IMG/VR virus record: IMGVR_UViG_3300021135_000003
DNA length: 64,000 nucleotides
Reading direction: 5' to 3' (one strand)
Source: a virus
Shown: positions 28,852 to 39,217 of the stretch, piece after piece
How the letters are laid out: every line of letters starts with the position of its first letter
How positions within the stretch are numbered: the stretch's first letter is position 1
The notes under the pieces: generated by a model
Databases searched by the model: none
Seen by the model: the letters and a program-made list of their open reading frames with translations, nothing else
Told to the model about the DNA's origin: nothing
Translations under genes and position numbers: made by a program

Positions 28852-30429
28852 ATGGCAGAAATATATAATTCGAATGCGAACTTAAAAGCAGCAGGTGTAG
28901 TAGTTGATTTTACACAGGATAATATTAAAGAGTACATGAAATGTGCTCAAGATTATATTTACTTTATTGAGAATTATTGTTATATCGTTACTCTTGATTA
29001 TGGTCTGCAGTTGTTTAAATTGTATGATTGTCAGAAGAATAAATTAAATGTAATCCATAATAATAGACGTGTTATCCTTATGGAAGGACGTCAGCAAGGT
29101 AAAACTACTGCCTCTGCTGCTTATATTCTTTGGTATACATTATTTCAAGCAAATAAACAAGTTGCTATTTTGGCCAACAAAGCAACTGCTGCAAGAGAAG
29201 TTTTAAATCGTTACCAAACCATGTATGAGATGCTTCCTTTGTGGATGCAACAAGGTGTTACTACTTGGAATAAAGGTGACGTAGAACTAGAAAATGGTTC
29301 AAAGGTATTTACAGCTGCCACATCTACTTCTGGTATTCGTGGTAAATCTGTTAATTTACTTTATGTTGACGAGGCTGCGATTATTCCTAATAACGTAGCT
29401 GAAGAATTCTTTACTTCTGTTTACCCAACTATTTCTGCTGGTGAAACAACAAAGATTCTTTTATCTTCAACACCACTTGGATATAATCATTTCTGGAAAT
29501 TTTGGAATGATGCTGAAAACGGACGTAATGGTTTTACTGCTTTGTTTATTCCGTATTGGGAAATCCCTGGACGTGATGATAAATGGGCAGCTGAACAGAA
29601 AGCAATGCTTGGTGAACTTAAATATAATCAAGAGGTTGCTTGTAAGTTCCTTGGTTCTAGTTTAACTTTGATTAGTGCTGATATTATTGCCAAGATGTCA
29701 ATTGATCCTAGAATCTATGAAAAAGATGGATTAGATGTTTATGTAAGACCACAAAAAGGTCATACATATTGTTTAGTGGCTGACGTAGCAAAAGGTGTTG
29801 GTGGTGACTATTCTGCTTTCCAAGTGGTTGATATTACTGAAGCACCATATAGAATTGTTGCAAAATATAGAAAAAATGATATTAGTCCTTTGTTATATCC
29901 AAACATACTGTATAAAGTAGGTAAAGAATATAATGAAGCATATCTCTTGTTAGAGATAAATGTTAGCGAACAAGTTGCCCATATCTTGTATAATGAATTA
30001 GAATACGAGAATATATTGTTTGTTAATCGTCACACACAAGGGCAATATGTTGGTGCTGGTTTCGGTGGGGGTAAAACCCAATTAGGAGTTAACACTGATA
30101 AAAAGATTAAACGAATTGGGTGTCACAACTTCAAATCTTTGGTTGAAGAGAATAAATTATTAATTACTGATGCGGATACGATCTCTGAAATCTCTACTTT
30201 TATTGAGAAAAAAGGTTCGTATGAAGCAGACGAGGGATATCATGATGACTTGGTTATGCCTTTGGTTCTTTTCGGTTGGCTTACAACTCAGCCTTATTTT
30301 AAAGACCTAAATAACATAAACCTAAGAACTATTATGTATGAGAAACAGATTCAAGCAATTGAAGATGAACTTACTCCCTTTGGGTTCTATGATGATGGAA
30401 ATGACGATAAAGAACCACTTAATTTTTGA
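28852..30429 (+). CDS. gp17: Terminase large subunit gp17
   Basis: Walker A-like GRQQGKT, Walker B LLYVDEAA, SSTP.G, and nuclease motifs DVAKG.GGDYS and HDDLVM. Confidence 0.96.
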   Translation: MAEIYNSNANLKAAGVVVDFTQDNIKEYMKCAQDYIYFIENYCYIVTLDYGLQLFKLYDCQKNKLNVIHNNRRVILMEGRQQGKTTASAAYILWYTLFQANKQVAILANKATAAREVLNRYQTMYEMLPLWMQQGVTTWNKGDVELENGSKVFTAATSTSGIRGKSVNLLYVDEAAIIPNNVAEEFFTSVYPTISAGETTKILLSSTPLGYNHFWKFWNDAENGRNGFTALFIPYWEIPGRDDKWAAEQKAMLGELKYNQEVACKFLGSSLTLISADIIAKMSIDPRIYEKDGLDVYVRPQKGHTYCLVADVAKGVGGDYSAFQVVDITEAPYRIVAKYRKNDISPLLYPNILYKVGKEYNEAYLLLEINVSEQVAHILYNELEYENILFVNRHTQGQYVGAGFGGGKTQLGVNTDKKIKRIGCHNFKSLVEENKLLITDADTISEISTFIEKKGSYEADEGYHDDLVMPLVLFGWLTTQPYFKDLNNINLRTIMYEKQIQAIEDELTPFGFYDDGNDDKEPLNF

Positions 30430-30443
30430 GAAAACCAATAAAA

Positions 30444-30451
30444 ACTAAATA
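30444..30451 (+). promoter_or_regulatory. Late promoter variant (ACTAAATA) for the tail sheath gene
   Basis: Intergenic, 56 nt upstream of the gp18 ATG, which has an AAGGAG SD. Confidence 0.55.
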
Positions 30452-30506
30452 AATGGTAGACACGAATTTCTGTCTAAAGTAAAACTTATTAACAAGGAGA
30501 ATTACA

Positions 30507-32696
30507 ATGCCTTTCCAATTATCTCCAGGCGTTGCAGTCGTAGAAAAAGATTTTTCAGCGATCGTTCCAGCAGTATCTACTAGTCGTGGTGCTACAGTTG
30601 GTGCGTATGTATGGGGTCCAGTTATGTCCCCAGTTCAGGTTACTTCAGAGAACGAATTAGTTCAAATCTTTGGCAAACCACAAGACGCTAATGCTCAAGC
30701 CTTTTTTACTGCAGCGAACTTCCTGTCATATACAAATGCTCTTCTAGTTACTCGTGCTGATTGCACAAACGCTAGAAACGCAGTATCAACACCATCTGGT
30801 TCTATCAGTGCTGTTACTATTTCTAATGCAGGTTCTGGATACACTTCTGCTCCAACTGTTACAATTGGTGCACCTCAAGTTACTGGTGGTATTCAAGCTA
30901 CTGCTACTGTTACTCGTTCTGGTGGTACTGTAACTGGTGTAACTATTTCTGCTGGTGGTACTGGCTATACTGGTACTCCTACTGTTACATTTAGCAACCC
31001 ACAAGTTGCTGGTGGCACAAATGCTACTGGTACAGTAACTGTTGTTGCTGGTGCTGTTACTGCAATTACTATTACTAATCCAGGTTCTGGTTATACTTCT
31101 GCTCCAACTGCTACAATTACTGGTACTGGTACTGGTGCTACTGTTGGTACTGTTACTATTTCTGGATCAACTATTACTGGTATTACTATTACTAATCCAG
31201 GTACTGGTTATACTTCTGCTCCAGCAATTAGTTTAACTGGTGGTGGTGGTTCAGGATTTACTGCAACTACAACTATTTCTGTTGGTGGTGTTAAGATTAA
31301 TAACAGCACAGTTTATCTAAACAGCTTTATCGATGGTGAAGGTGTTGTTGGTGAATTTGCTGCCAAATATCCAGGTACACTAGGTAACTCATTACAGGTT
31401 GTAATGGCTGACTCTGCTACTTTCACTGGTTGGACTTATGCTGCTGCATTCCCAACTGCTCCAGGCACATCTCCATATGCAGCTTCTGTTGGTGGTTCTA
31501 ATGACGAACTCCACGTTGCTATCATTGACCAAGATGGTCTATGGTCTGGAATTCCAGGAACTATCCTAGAGAAATTTGCTTATGTTTCTAAAGCATCTGA
31601 TGCAAAATCTCCAAACGGAACTAACAACTATTACAAGAATGTAATTAACTCTACTTCTAAATATGTATGGTGGTTAGATCACACTACTGCAGTTCTTTCT
31701 GGATCTGCTTGGGGTACTGCTGCTCAAGTTGGTTCTGTTGGTACTATTTTTGCATCATTATCTGCAGCGTATACTTCTTCCCTATCAGGTGGTGTTGATG
31801 ATCTAGCAGTTACTGATGGCCAATTAGAAAATGCTTGGGCACTTTATGCTGACGACGCTCAGTATGATATCAGCCTATTGCCAGTTGGTCCAGCTTCTGC
31901 TACTGTTGCTCAGTATGTTATTTCTAACATTGCTGAAACTCGTCTTGATTGCGTAGCGTTTATTTCTCCACAAGACGTTTCTTCTGGTAACCCAATTACT
32001 GGTACTGGTTCTGCTGCTACTACTGCTCTTGTTGCGTATCGTAATTTAATCTCTAGCACTTCTTATGGTGTTATGGATTCTGGTTACAAATATCAATACG
32101 ATCGTTACAACGACAAGTATCGTTTTGTTCCATTAAATGGTGATACTGCTGGTCTATGTGCTCGTACTGATAACACTAATGATCCTTGGTTCTCTCCAGG
32201 TGGTTTAAATCGTGGTCAAATTAAGAACGTAGTTAAATTGGCTGTTAATCCAAATAAAGCAGATCGTGATGTTCTTTACGCTGCTGGTATTAACCCAGTT
32301 GTTACTTTCCCAGGTGAAGGTACTGTTCTTTACGGTGACAAAACTCTATTGGCTAAACCAAGTGCGTTTGATCGTATTAACGTACGTCGCTTATTCATCG
32401 TTATGGAAAAAGCTATCGCTACTGCTGCTAAGTTCCAGTTGTTCGAATTTAATGACAGCTTTACTCAAGCGCAATTCCGTAACTTAGTAGAACCATTCTT
32501 ACGTGGTGTTCAAGGTCGTCGTGGTGTTACTGACTTCATAGTTGTTTGCGATGGTTCAAACAATACTGGTGACGTTGTTGATGCTAACCAATTCGTTGCA
32601 GACATCTACGTTAAACCAAATCGTTCTATTAACTTTATTACTCTAAACTTTGTTGCTGCTCGTTCTTCAATCAGCTTCACAGAGCTTGGTGCTTAA
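30507..32696 (+). CDS. gp18: Tail sheath protein gp18
   Basis: LSPGVAVVEKD, WGP, AANFLSY, PWFSPGG.NRG, GDKT, FDRINVRRLF and FEFND. Confidence 0.96.
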   Translation: MPFQLSPGVAVVEKDFSAIVPAVSTSRGATVGAYVWGPVMSPVQVTSENELVQIFGKPQDANAQAFFTAANFLSYTNALLVTRADCTNARNAVSTPSGSISAVTISNAGSGYTSAPTVTIGAPQVTGGIQATATVTRSGGTVTGVTISAGGTGYTGTPTVTFSNPQVAGGTNATGTVTVVAGAVTAITITNPGSGYTSAPTATITGTGTGATVGTVTISGSTITGITITNPGTGYTSAPAISLTGGGGSGFTATTTISVGGVKINNSTVYLNSFIDGEGVVGEFAAKYPGTLGNSLQVVMADSATFTGWTYAAAFPTAPGTSPYAASVGGSNDELHVAIIDQDGLWSGIPGTILEKFAYVSKASDAKSPNGTNNYYKNVINSTSKYVWWLDHTTAVLSGSAWGTAAQVGSVGTIFASLSAAYTSSLSGGVDDLAVTDGQLENAWALYADDAQYDISLLPVGPASATVAQYVISNIAETRLDCVAFISPQDVSSGNPITGTGSAATTALVAYRNLISSTSYGVMDSGYKYQYDRYNDKYRFVPLNGDTAGLCARTDNTNDPWFSPGGLNRGQIKNVVKLAVNPNKADRDVLYAAGINPVVTFPGEGTVLYGDKTLLAKPSAFDRINVRRLFIVMEKAIATAAKFQLFEFNDSFTQAQFRNLVEPFLRGVQGRRGVTDFIVVCDGSNNTGDVVDANQFVADIYVKPNRSINFITLNFVAARSSISFTELGA

Positions 32697-32727
32697 TAAA
32701 TAAATAAAGAACTAAGGAGAAAAATAA

Positions 32728-33315
32728 ATGGCAAATATTGCTGATTTTAAAGCGCAGATGTTGGGTGGCGGTGCTCGCCCAAACCAATTCCGTGTTGAAC
32801 TAACATTTCCAAGTTTTGTGACATTAGGCGCAGTTGCTGGCCAACGTGCACAATTCTTGTGTAAAGCTGCTCAGTTACCAGCTTCTACTATTGAGAACAT
32901 TGGTGTTCTTTATCGTGGTCGTCCTGTTAACTTTGCTGGCGAACGTACTTTCCAACCTTGGACTGTTACTGTGTATAATGATACTACTTTTGGTATCCGT
33001 AATGCACTAGAACAATGGCAGTCTGGTATTCAGAACTATGACACTACTGATGGTCGTGTTAATCCTACTGACTACCAAGTTGACTTAGCTGTACACCAAT
33101 TAGATCGTAGTGGTGCTATCATCAAGACTTACAACTTTATTGATGCTTACCCAACTACTGTTGCTGCAATTGGTTTAGATTACGAACAACAAAATGCTAT
33201 TGAACAGTTTGATGTAGAATTCCAATACAACTTCTTTACATCTGCTACTGGTGCTGCTTCTGGATTTGGTGTTAATGTTTCTGTTGACACTCCAGTTGGT
33301 AGTTTCCCAGTTTAA
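32728..33315 (+). CDS. gp19: Tail tube protein gp19
   Basis: GGGARPNQF, FLCKAAQLPAS, GR..NFAGERTF.PWTVTVYND; AATAAATA at 32695-32702. Confidence 0.95.
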   Translation: MANIADFKAQMLGGGARPNQFRVELTFPSFVTLGAVAGQRAQFLCKAAQLPASTIENIGVLYRGRPVNFAGERTFQPWTVTVYNDTTFGIRNALEQWQSGIQNYDTTDGRVNPTDYQVDLAVHQLDRSGAIIKTYNFIDAYPTTVAAIGLDYEQQNAIEQFDVEFQYNFFTSATGAASGFGVNVSVDTPVGSFPV

Positions 33316-33343
33316 TAATTAAACAATTCGAGGGTTTTATATA

Positions 33344-34933
33344 ATGCAGTTATTTGGATTCGAGATACTACGTAAAAAGGAAAGGGAGTTAGACAGTATT
33401 GTCGCTCCTAATCCTCAAGATGGATCAACTGTAGTAAACACTGGTGTAAATGCTGGTGGTTACTATGGTATGGTCATGGACCTAGATGGTGTCATTAAAA
33501 ATGAAAATGATCTAATCCGTCGTTATCGTGAAGTTGCAACATATAGCGATTGTGATGGTGCCATTGAAGATATTGTTAGTGAAGCAATTGTATACGATGA
33601 AGAAGATCAAACAGTTACTATTAATTTAGATGACGTTGATGTTTCTGAAAGTATTAAGAAAAAAATTCGCATTGAATTTGAAGAGATAGTTAAACTATTA
33701 AAATTCCAAGAACGTGGTCATGAAATTTTTCGCACTTGGTATGTTGATGGTCGTATTTACTATCATATTCTTTTAGATGAAAATAATTTAAAACAGGGAA
33801 TTGTTGAGTTACGTTACATTGATCCACGTAAAATTCGTAGGATTAAAAATGTAGTTAAGTCAAGAACTCCTCAGGGTGTTGAAGTTGTTAAAGAAGTTCA
33901 AGAATATTATCTTTACAATGATAAAGGTATTACTGAACAAACAACTCAAGGTGTTAAGTTATCTTTAGACTCAGTGGTTTATACACCATCTGGTTTCTTA
34001 GATGCTAATACTGGTATGATGATGTCTTATTTGCATAAAGCAATTAAGCCAACTAACCAATTAAAGATGATTGAAGATTCTTTAGTTATCTACCGTATTA
34101 GTCGTGCGCCTGAACGTAGAATATTTTATGTTGACGTAGGTAACTTGCCAAAAGTTAAGGCAGAACAATACGTTAATGATATCATGAACAAGTTCCGTAA
34201 TAAGATTGTTTATGATGCAACGACAGGCGAGGTCAGAGATGATCGTCGCCATTTGTCAATGATGGAAGATTTCTGGATGCCACGTCGTGAAGGTGGTAAA
34301 GGTACTGAGATTACTACTCTTCCAGGTGGTCAAAATCTTGGTGAGATTCAAGATATTGAATACTTCCAGCAAAAATTATATCGTTCATTGAATGTGCCAA
34401 TTGGTCGCCTTCAACAAGATGGTGGTTTTAGCATAGGTCGTGCGCAAGAAATTAGTCGTGATGAGGTTAAGTTTAATAAGTTTATTATAAGACTACGTCA
34501 AAAGTTTAGCCACATATTTACTGATGCACTTCGTGTTCAGTTAATCGCTAAAAATATTATGCGCCCAGAAGACTGGGAACTAATTAAACAAGATATTCGT
34601 TACAATTATGTTGTTGATAATCATTATGCTGAATTAAAAGATAATGAAATTTTAATGGGTCGTTTAAATGCCCTACAATTAATTGAACCATATCTTGGTA
34701 AATTTTATTCTATGGACTGGGTTAAGAGAAATGTTCTTTACCAGACTGAAGATGAAATTGAAGAAATGCAAGCTGAAATGGATTCTGATGAAGAATACCA
34801 TGTAAGTGATGCAGAAAGAACTGGACAACTTGCTGGTGTTACCCAAGCTGCTCAACAGAATTTTTTACAAGCAAATGCGCCACAGGCTGCTGAAGCACCA
34901 GTTGCTGATGCTCCAAAACCTGCTGGTCAATAA
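33344..34933 (+). CDS. gp20: Portal protein gp20
   Basis: YLHKAIKP.NQLKMIEDSLVIYRISRAPERRIFY and EDFWMPRREGGKGTEITTLPGG. Confidence 0.97.
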   Translation: MQLFGFEILRKKERELDSIVAPNPQDGSTVVNTGVNAGGYYGMVMDLDGVIKNENDLIRRYREVATYSDCDGAIEDIVSEAIVYDEEDQTVTINLDDVDVSESIKKKIRIEFEEIVKLLKFQERGHEIFRTWYVDGRIYYHILLDENNLKQGIVELRYIDPRKIRRIKNVVKSRTPQGVEVVKEVQEYYLYNDKGITEQTTQGVKLSLDSVVYTPSGFLDANTGMMMSYLHKAIKPTNQLKMIEDSLVIYRISRAPERRIFYVDVGNLPKVKAEQYVNDIMNKFRNKIVYDATTGEVRDDRRHLSMMEDFWMPRREGGKGTEITTLPGGQNLGEIQDIEYFQQKLYRSLNVPIGRLQQDGGFSIGRAQEISRDEVKFNKFIIRLRQKFSHIFTDALRVQLIAKNIMRPEDWELIKQDIRYNYVVDNHYAELKDNEILMGRLNALQLIEPYLGKFYSMDWVKRNVLYQTEDEIEEMQAEMDSDEEYHVSDAERTGQLAGVTQAAQQNFLQANAPQAAEAPVADAPKPAGQ

Positions 34934-34942
34934 GGAGATATT

Positions 34943-35116
34943 ATGAGTACATTAGATTTAGTGTCGGCGATTATTAATAAAGATGCAACTGGAATTGAAA
35001 CTGCATTTAATGACGCAATGGCGGAAAAGATTTCTACACGTTTAGATGATATGCGTACTGATGTTGCGCAATCAATGTTTAATCAAGAAGAACCAGTAAC
35101 CACTGAAGAAGAATGA
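34943..35116 (+). CDS. gp67: Prohead core protein gp67-like (57 aa, below ORF-track cutoff)
   Basis: Read manually: MSTLDLVSAIINKDATGIETAFNDAMAEKISTRLDDMRTDVAQSMFNQEEPVTTEEE*. AAGGAG SD and syntenic position after gp20. Confidence 0.7.
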   Translation: MSTLDLVSAIINKDATGIETAFNDAMAEKISTRLDDMRTDVAQSMFNQEEPVTTEEE

Positions 35117-35658
35117 AATATTACGAATTAAAATCTTCTCTTAGAAAATCTAACATTGTTGAAAGTGTTAGATCCTATCGCCAGTTAATAGAAATGACTG
35201 ACGAAGGTAAGATTTTAATTAATGGTTTAAACACTGATCATAAGACTATCGAAGAAGCAAGAAAATATATTAAAGAAGATTACGATACACATCAATTAGC
35301 TGGCAAGATTACAAAAGATACATATCAGGAAATTTCGGAACATACGGTAGCCAGTATTATTAAAGAACACCACGATATTAAAGTTACTGATACATTAATA
35401 GAATCATACGTAGAACTTGCTTCTTCAAATATTTTTAGTGTTGACCCAGTCGTTCATAAAATTCGTTCTTTAAATAAACTTGATAGAATCGTTGAAGGCA
35501 AATTGCACTATGTGCTTGCTGATAACTCCACAGTTGCAATAAATGAAGATACACAAGATATCCTAAATAAGTTATTAGGTGATCAAACAGAGATTATCGA
35601 GTATATGAGAGAATCAAAAGATAACTTCTTTCACGTGCTTGAACAAATAGAGGAATAA
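35113..35658 (+). CDS. Putative prohead core/internal protein (gp68-position)
   Basis: Lies between gp67 and gp21; many [ILV]xE motifs resembling gp21 cleavage sites (IVE, LIE, IKE, ISE, INE). Confidence 0.55.
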   Translation: MKYYELKSSLRKSNIVESVRSYRQLIEMTDEGKILINGLNTDHKTIEEARKYIKEDYDTHQLAGKITKDTYQEISEHTVASIIKEHHDIKVTDTLIESYVELASSNIFSVDPVVHKIRSLNKLDRIVEGKLHYVLADNSTVAINEDTQDILNKLLGDQTEIIEYMRESKDNFFHVLEQIEE

Positions 35659-35660
35659 AA

Positions 35661-36113
35661 ATGGCTGTCTTATTTACAACTGTTAAAAATACAAACCAAG
35701 AAGTAATCGTACATTTTGATACTGTTGCTGCTGAAACTGGAACCCTTACTATTGCTAACTTAGGTGCTGCTACTCAGGCTAGAAATTCTGATACACCAAC
35801 TGTTAACATTGTTAAGTTTATTTCTACTGGTGCGGATGGTGCTACATTGCGTATTACTCGCAATAGCAAAAACATTATTGCATGCGCCCCAGAAAATGCT
35901 CCATTCTTAGATTTTAATTCTAATGGTTTTGCTGACACAACTAACAACACATATGATATTGTTGTTAACAATGATGTAGCAAAACCAGTTACTGGTTATT
36001 TAATTTTACGTAAAGTCGCTGGTTGGTCTACTACAGTTGAGACTGCTACTTACGGTTCTTATGACGATCCAACTATTGTTGGCGCTAACACTAGCTTATC
36101 AGGACACCCATAA
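35661..36113 (+). CDS. Hypothetical head-module protein
   Basis: GAGG SD, CCTAAATA at 35562-35569, coupled to gp21. Confidence 0.6.
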   Translation: MAVLFTTVKNTNQEVIVHFDTVAAETGTLTIANLGAATQARNSDTPTVNIVKFISTGADGATLRITRNSKNIIACAPENAPFLDFNSNGFADTTNNTYDIVVNNDVAKPVTGYLILRKVAGWSTTVETATYGSYDDPTIVGANTSLSGHP

Positions 36114-36766
36114 TGAAACTTATTAGAGAAGTTTTTGATACAACTAACTTAATCGTTGAAGAAAAGTTAGGTAAACCAAAACAATATTTTATTGAAGGTG
36201 TTTTCCTTCAATCAGAAATTACTAACCGCAATGGTCGTATGTACAAAGAAAGTACAATGGATCGCGAAGTTGGTCGTTATATTAAAGAAGCTGTAGAGAA
36301 TAATCGTGCATACGGTGAACTAGGTCACCCAGAAGGTCCAGGTATTAATCTTGATCGTGTATCACATATGATTACTTCTTTACGCAAAGAAGGTACGAAC
36401 TATATTGGTCGTGCTAAAATTTTAGATACTCCAATGGGTCAAATCGCTAAAGGTCTTTTAGAAGGTGGCGCAAACCTTGGTGTTTCTTCAAGAGCAATGG
36501 GTTCACTTAAGACTAATAACGAAGGTGTACAAGTTGTTCAAGATGATTTCATGCTGTCTACTGCAGCTGATATCGTCGCGGATCCTTCAGCCCCAGATGC
36601 TTATGTACGTGGCATTATGGAAGGTAAGGAATGGACATTTGTTGATGGAAAGTTTGTGGAACAAAATATTGAAGAGGTAAAATCTTTCATTAAGAAAACT
36701 TCTTCTAGAAATCTAGAGGAAGCAAAGATTCGAGCTTTCCAACACTTTCTGAGTAAAATCAGATAA
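36113..36766 (+). CDS. gp21: Prohead protease gp21
   Basis: IEGVFLQ…NRNGRMY, GELGHP, GVSSRAMGS and DIVADPSAPDA. Confidence 0.96.
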   Translation: MKLIREVFDTTNLIVEEKLGKPKQYFIEGVFLQSEITNRNGRMYKESTMDREVGRYIKEAVENNRAYGELGHPEGPGINLDRVSHMITSLRKEGTNYIGRAKILDTPMGQIAKGLLEGGANLGVSSRAMGSLKTNNEGVQVVQDDFMLSTAADIVADPSAPDAYVRGIMEGKEWTFVDGKFVEQNIEEVKSFIKKTSSRNLEEAKIRAFQHFLSKIR

Positions 36767-36808
36767 TTAATAAATAAATAATAGAACTATCCAGTTAGGA
36801 GAATAACG

Positions 36809-37825
36809 ATGTCAATCGAACAAAAAATCGCTGAAATTTTAGCAGAGTCTAAGAATAAACAATTAGATGAAGCCAAATTGGCTGGCGCTGAAACAGGTAA
36901 AAAAGATGTTACTGCTCATTCTGCAGGTGGCGATAAAGAGCCTATCCGTAAAGGTGATGCTGTTAAAGCAACTAAACCAGAAGATGAGCCAAGCAATGCT
37001 AAGAATGACGTGCAAACCCAAGAAGATGCTGAGAAAGGTCCAGAAGGTTCTATGAACCCACACAATGGCGACCAGACTCCAGTTCGCAAAGGTAACGCTG
37101 TTAAAGGTGTTAAGGAAGATTTAGATGCTATGTTTGGCACTGAAGATCTTTCAGAAGAATTTAAAGACAAAGCTGCTATGATTTTTGAAGCTGCAGTTAT
37201 GTCACGTGTAACTGCTGAAGTTGCACGTTTAGAAGAAGAGTTCGAAGCAAAAGTAGCTACTACTGTTGCTGAAGAAATTGAGGGTATTGTTGAACAAGTT
37301 GATGGATACCTCGGCTATATTGCTGAGCAGTGGATGACACAGAATGAAATCGCCCTTGAGCGTGGTATTAAGTCTGATATTTTAGAAAGTTTCGTTGATG
37401 GTCTGAAAGGACTATTCGAAGAACACTATATTGATGTTCCTGAAGAAAAGTATGACCTACTTGCCGACATGGAAGAAACAATTGGTGAACTTAAAGCGAA
37501 GATTGATGAACAAGTTGCTGCTAATATTGAGTTGACTAAATCAGTTAACGAAGCAAAGCGTAGCGAAATTGTTAAATCAATCAGTGAAGGTTTAACTGAC
37601 ACACAAGCTGAAAAGTTTGCTGGTTTAGTTGCTGAAGTTACTTTCGATGATGCTGAAACTTATGAATCTAAAGTTAAGACTTTACGTGAATCTTATTTCA
37701 CTACTAAAACTACATCAGGTGTAACATCTGTTGTAACTGATACTCCAGTTGAAGTTATCACTGAAGCTGGATCAAAGCGTACAGACCCAAAAATGTCTGC
37801 TTATCTATCAGCACTCAACAATTAA
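36809..37825 (+). CDS. gp22: Prohead scaffolding protein gp22
   Basis: Acidic coiled coil with LSEEFK.KA..IFEAAV, VDGYL.Y..EQW, LFEEHYIDVP and LRESYF. Confidence 0.92.
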   Translation: MSIEQKIAEILAESKNKQLDEAKLAGAETGKKDVTAHSAGGDKEPIRKGDAVKATKPEDEPSNAKNDVQTQEDAEKGPEGSMNPHNGDQTPVRKGNAVKGVKEDLDAMFGTEDLSEEFKDKAAMIFEAAVMSRVTAEVARLEEEFEAKVATTVAEEIEGIVEQVDGYLGYIAEQWMTQNEIALERGIKSDILESFVDGLKGLFEEHYIDVPEEKYDLLADMEETIGELKAKIDEQVAANIELTKSVNEAKRSEIVKSISEGLTDTQAEKFAGLVAEVTFDDAETYESKVKTLRESYFTTKTTSGVTSVVTDTPVEVITEAGSKRTDPKMSAYLSALNN

Positions 37826-37851
37826 TAAATTTTTAAATAAAGGAATCCAAA

Positions 37852-39144
37852 ATGGATCGCAAACAATTAATGGAAAAATGGGCACCCGTGTTAAATCACG
37901 AAGGCTCTGCTCCAATCGAATCATCTTACAAGCGTGAAGTTACTGCTGTTCTATTAGAGAACCAGGAACGTGAAATGGCTAAGCAAACTGAAGCTCTTTT
38001 CGAAGCAGCTCCAGCTAACAGCGTTGGTTCATATCCTGATGCTGGCGGTATCGCTAAGTTTGACCCAGTATTGATCAGCTTGGTACGTCGTGCAATGCCA
38101 CAACTTATCGCTTATGATATCGCTGGTGTTCAACCAATGACTCAACCTACTGGTTTGATTTTCGCAATGAAATCACGTTACAGCACTCAAGGTGGTACTG
38201 AAGCGTTATTCAACGAAGCAAACTCTGCATTCTCTGGTACTGGTACACAATCTGGTGGTCCATCTACTGGTGATGCTGCTGCAGGTACTGGTCTTGCTAC
38301 TTCCGCAGCTGAGCGACTTGGCCAAGGTGGTACTGGTGACGGTTCTTTCGGTGCTATGTCTTTCTCTATCGAAAAGACTTCTGTAGTTGCTAAGACTCGT
38401 GCTCTTAAAGCTGAATACTCAGTTGAATTAGCACAAGACTTGAAAGCAGTTCATGGTCTTGACGCTGAAGGCGAATTAAGCAACATTCTCTCTACTGAGA
38501 TTCTTGCTGAGATCAACCGTGAAGTTGTTCGTACTGTATACCGTAGTGCTGTTCCAGGTGCTGCTGTTGGTACTGCTACTCAAGGTACTTTTGACCTAGA
38601 CGTTGACTCTAATGGTCGTTGGTCTGTTGAAAAATTCAAAGGTCTAATGTTCCAAATCGAACGTGAAGCCAATGCTATCGGTCAACAAACTCGTCGTGGT
38701 CGTGGTAACTTTATCATCACTTCAGCTGACGTTGCTTCTGCTCTAGCAATGGCTGGTGTGTTGGATTATCAATCTGGTCTAACTGGTAAAAATAATCTAA
38801 CTGTTGATGATACTTCTACTACTTTCGCTGGTGTTCTAAACGGCAAGTACAAAGTTTATGTTGACCCATATTCATCAAACGTATCTGCTAGCCAATTCTT
38901 CGTAGTTGGTTACAAAGGTGCTTCTGCGTTTGACGCTGGTTTGTTCTATTGCCCATACGTTCCGCTCCAAATGGTTCGTGCTGTTGATCCTAACAGCTTC
39001 CAACCTAAAATTGGTTTCAAGACACGTTATGGTATGGTTGCTAACCCATTCGTTGACTTGGACGACAGCTCTGGTACTACTGGTGATATTATCTCCAATA
39101 AGAACTACTACTACCGTCGCGTAACTGTTACTAACTTGCTATAA
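37852..39144 (+). CDS. gp23: Major capsid protein gp23
   Basis: KWAPVL, LLENQE, DPVLISLVRRAMP, GVQPM..PTGLIFA, RALKAEYS.ELAQDLKAVHGLDAE and FQPKIGFKTRYG. Confidence 0.98.
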   Translation: MDRKQLMEKWAPVLNHEGSAPIESSYKREVTAVLLENQEREMAKQTEALFEAAPANSVGSYPDAGGIAKFDPVLISLVRRAMPQLIAYDIAGVQPMTQPTGLIFAMKSRYSTQGGTEALFNEANSAFSGTGTQSGGPSTGDAAAGTGLATSAAERLGQGGTGDGSFGAMSFSIEKTSVVAKTRALKAEYSVELAQDLKAVHGLDAEGELSNILSTEILAEINREVVRTVYRSAVPGAAVGTATQGTFDLDVDSNGRWSVEKFKGLMFQIEREANAIGQQTRRGRGNFIITSADVASALAMAGVLDYQSGLTGKNNLTVDDTSTTFAGVLNGKYKVYVDPYSSNVSASQFFVVGYKGASAFDAGLFYCPYVPLQMVRAVDPNSFQPKIGFKTRYGMVANPFVDLDDSSGTTGDIISNKNYYYRRVTVTNLL

Positions 39145-39175
39145 TAGTTAGAATCAGTAAAACGATTAGTAATTC

Positions 39176-39201
39176 AAAGGGCACTTCGGTGCCCTTTTTT
39201 T
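39176..39201 (+). terminator. Intrinsic terminator after gp23 (cUUCGg loop)
   Basis: aaagggcac-ttcg-gtgcccttttttt. Confidence 0.9.
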
Positions 39202-39204
39202 CAT

Positions 39205-39212
39205 TATAAATA
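39205..39212 (+). promoter_or_regulatory. T4 late promoter TATAAATA for gp3
   Basis: Exact consensus; ATG follows 6 nt later. Confidence 0.75.
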
Positions 39213-39217
39213 ACTAT

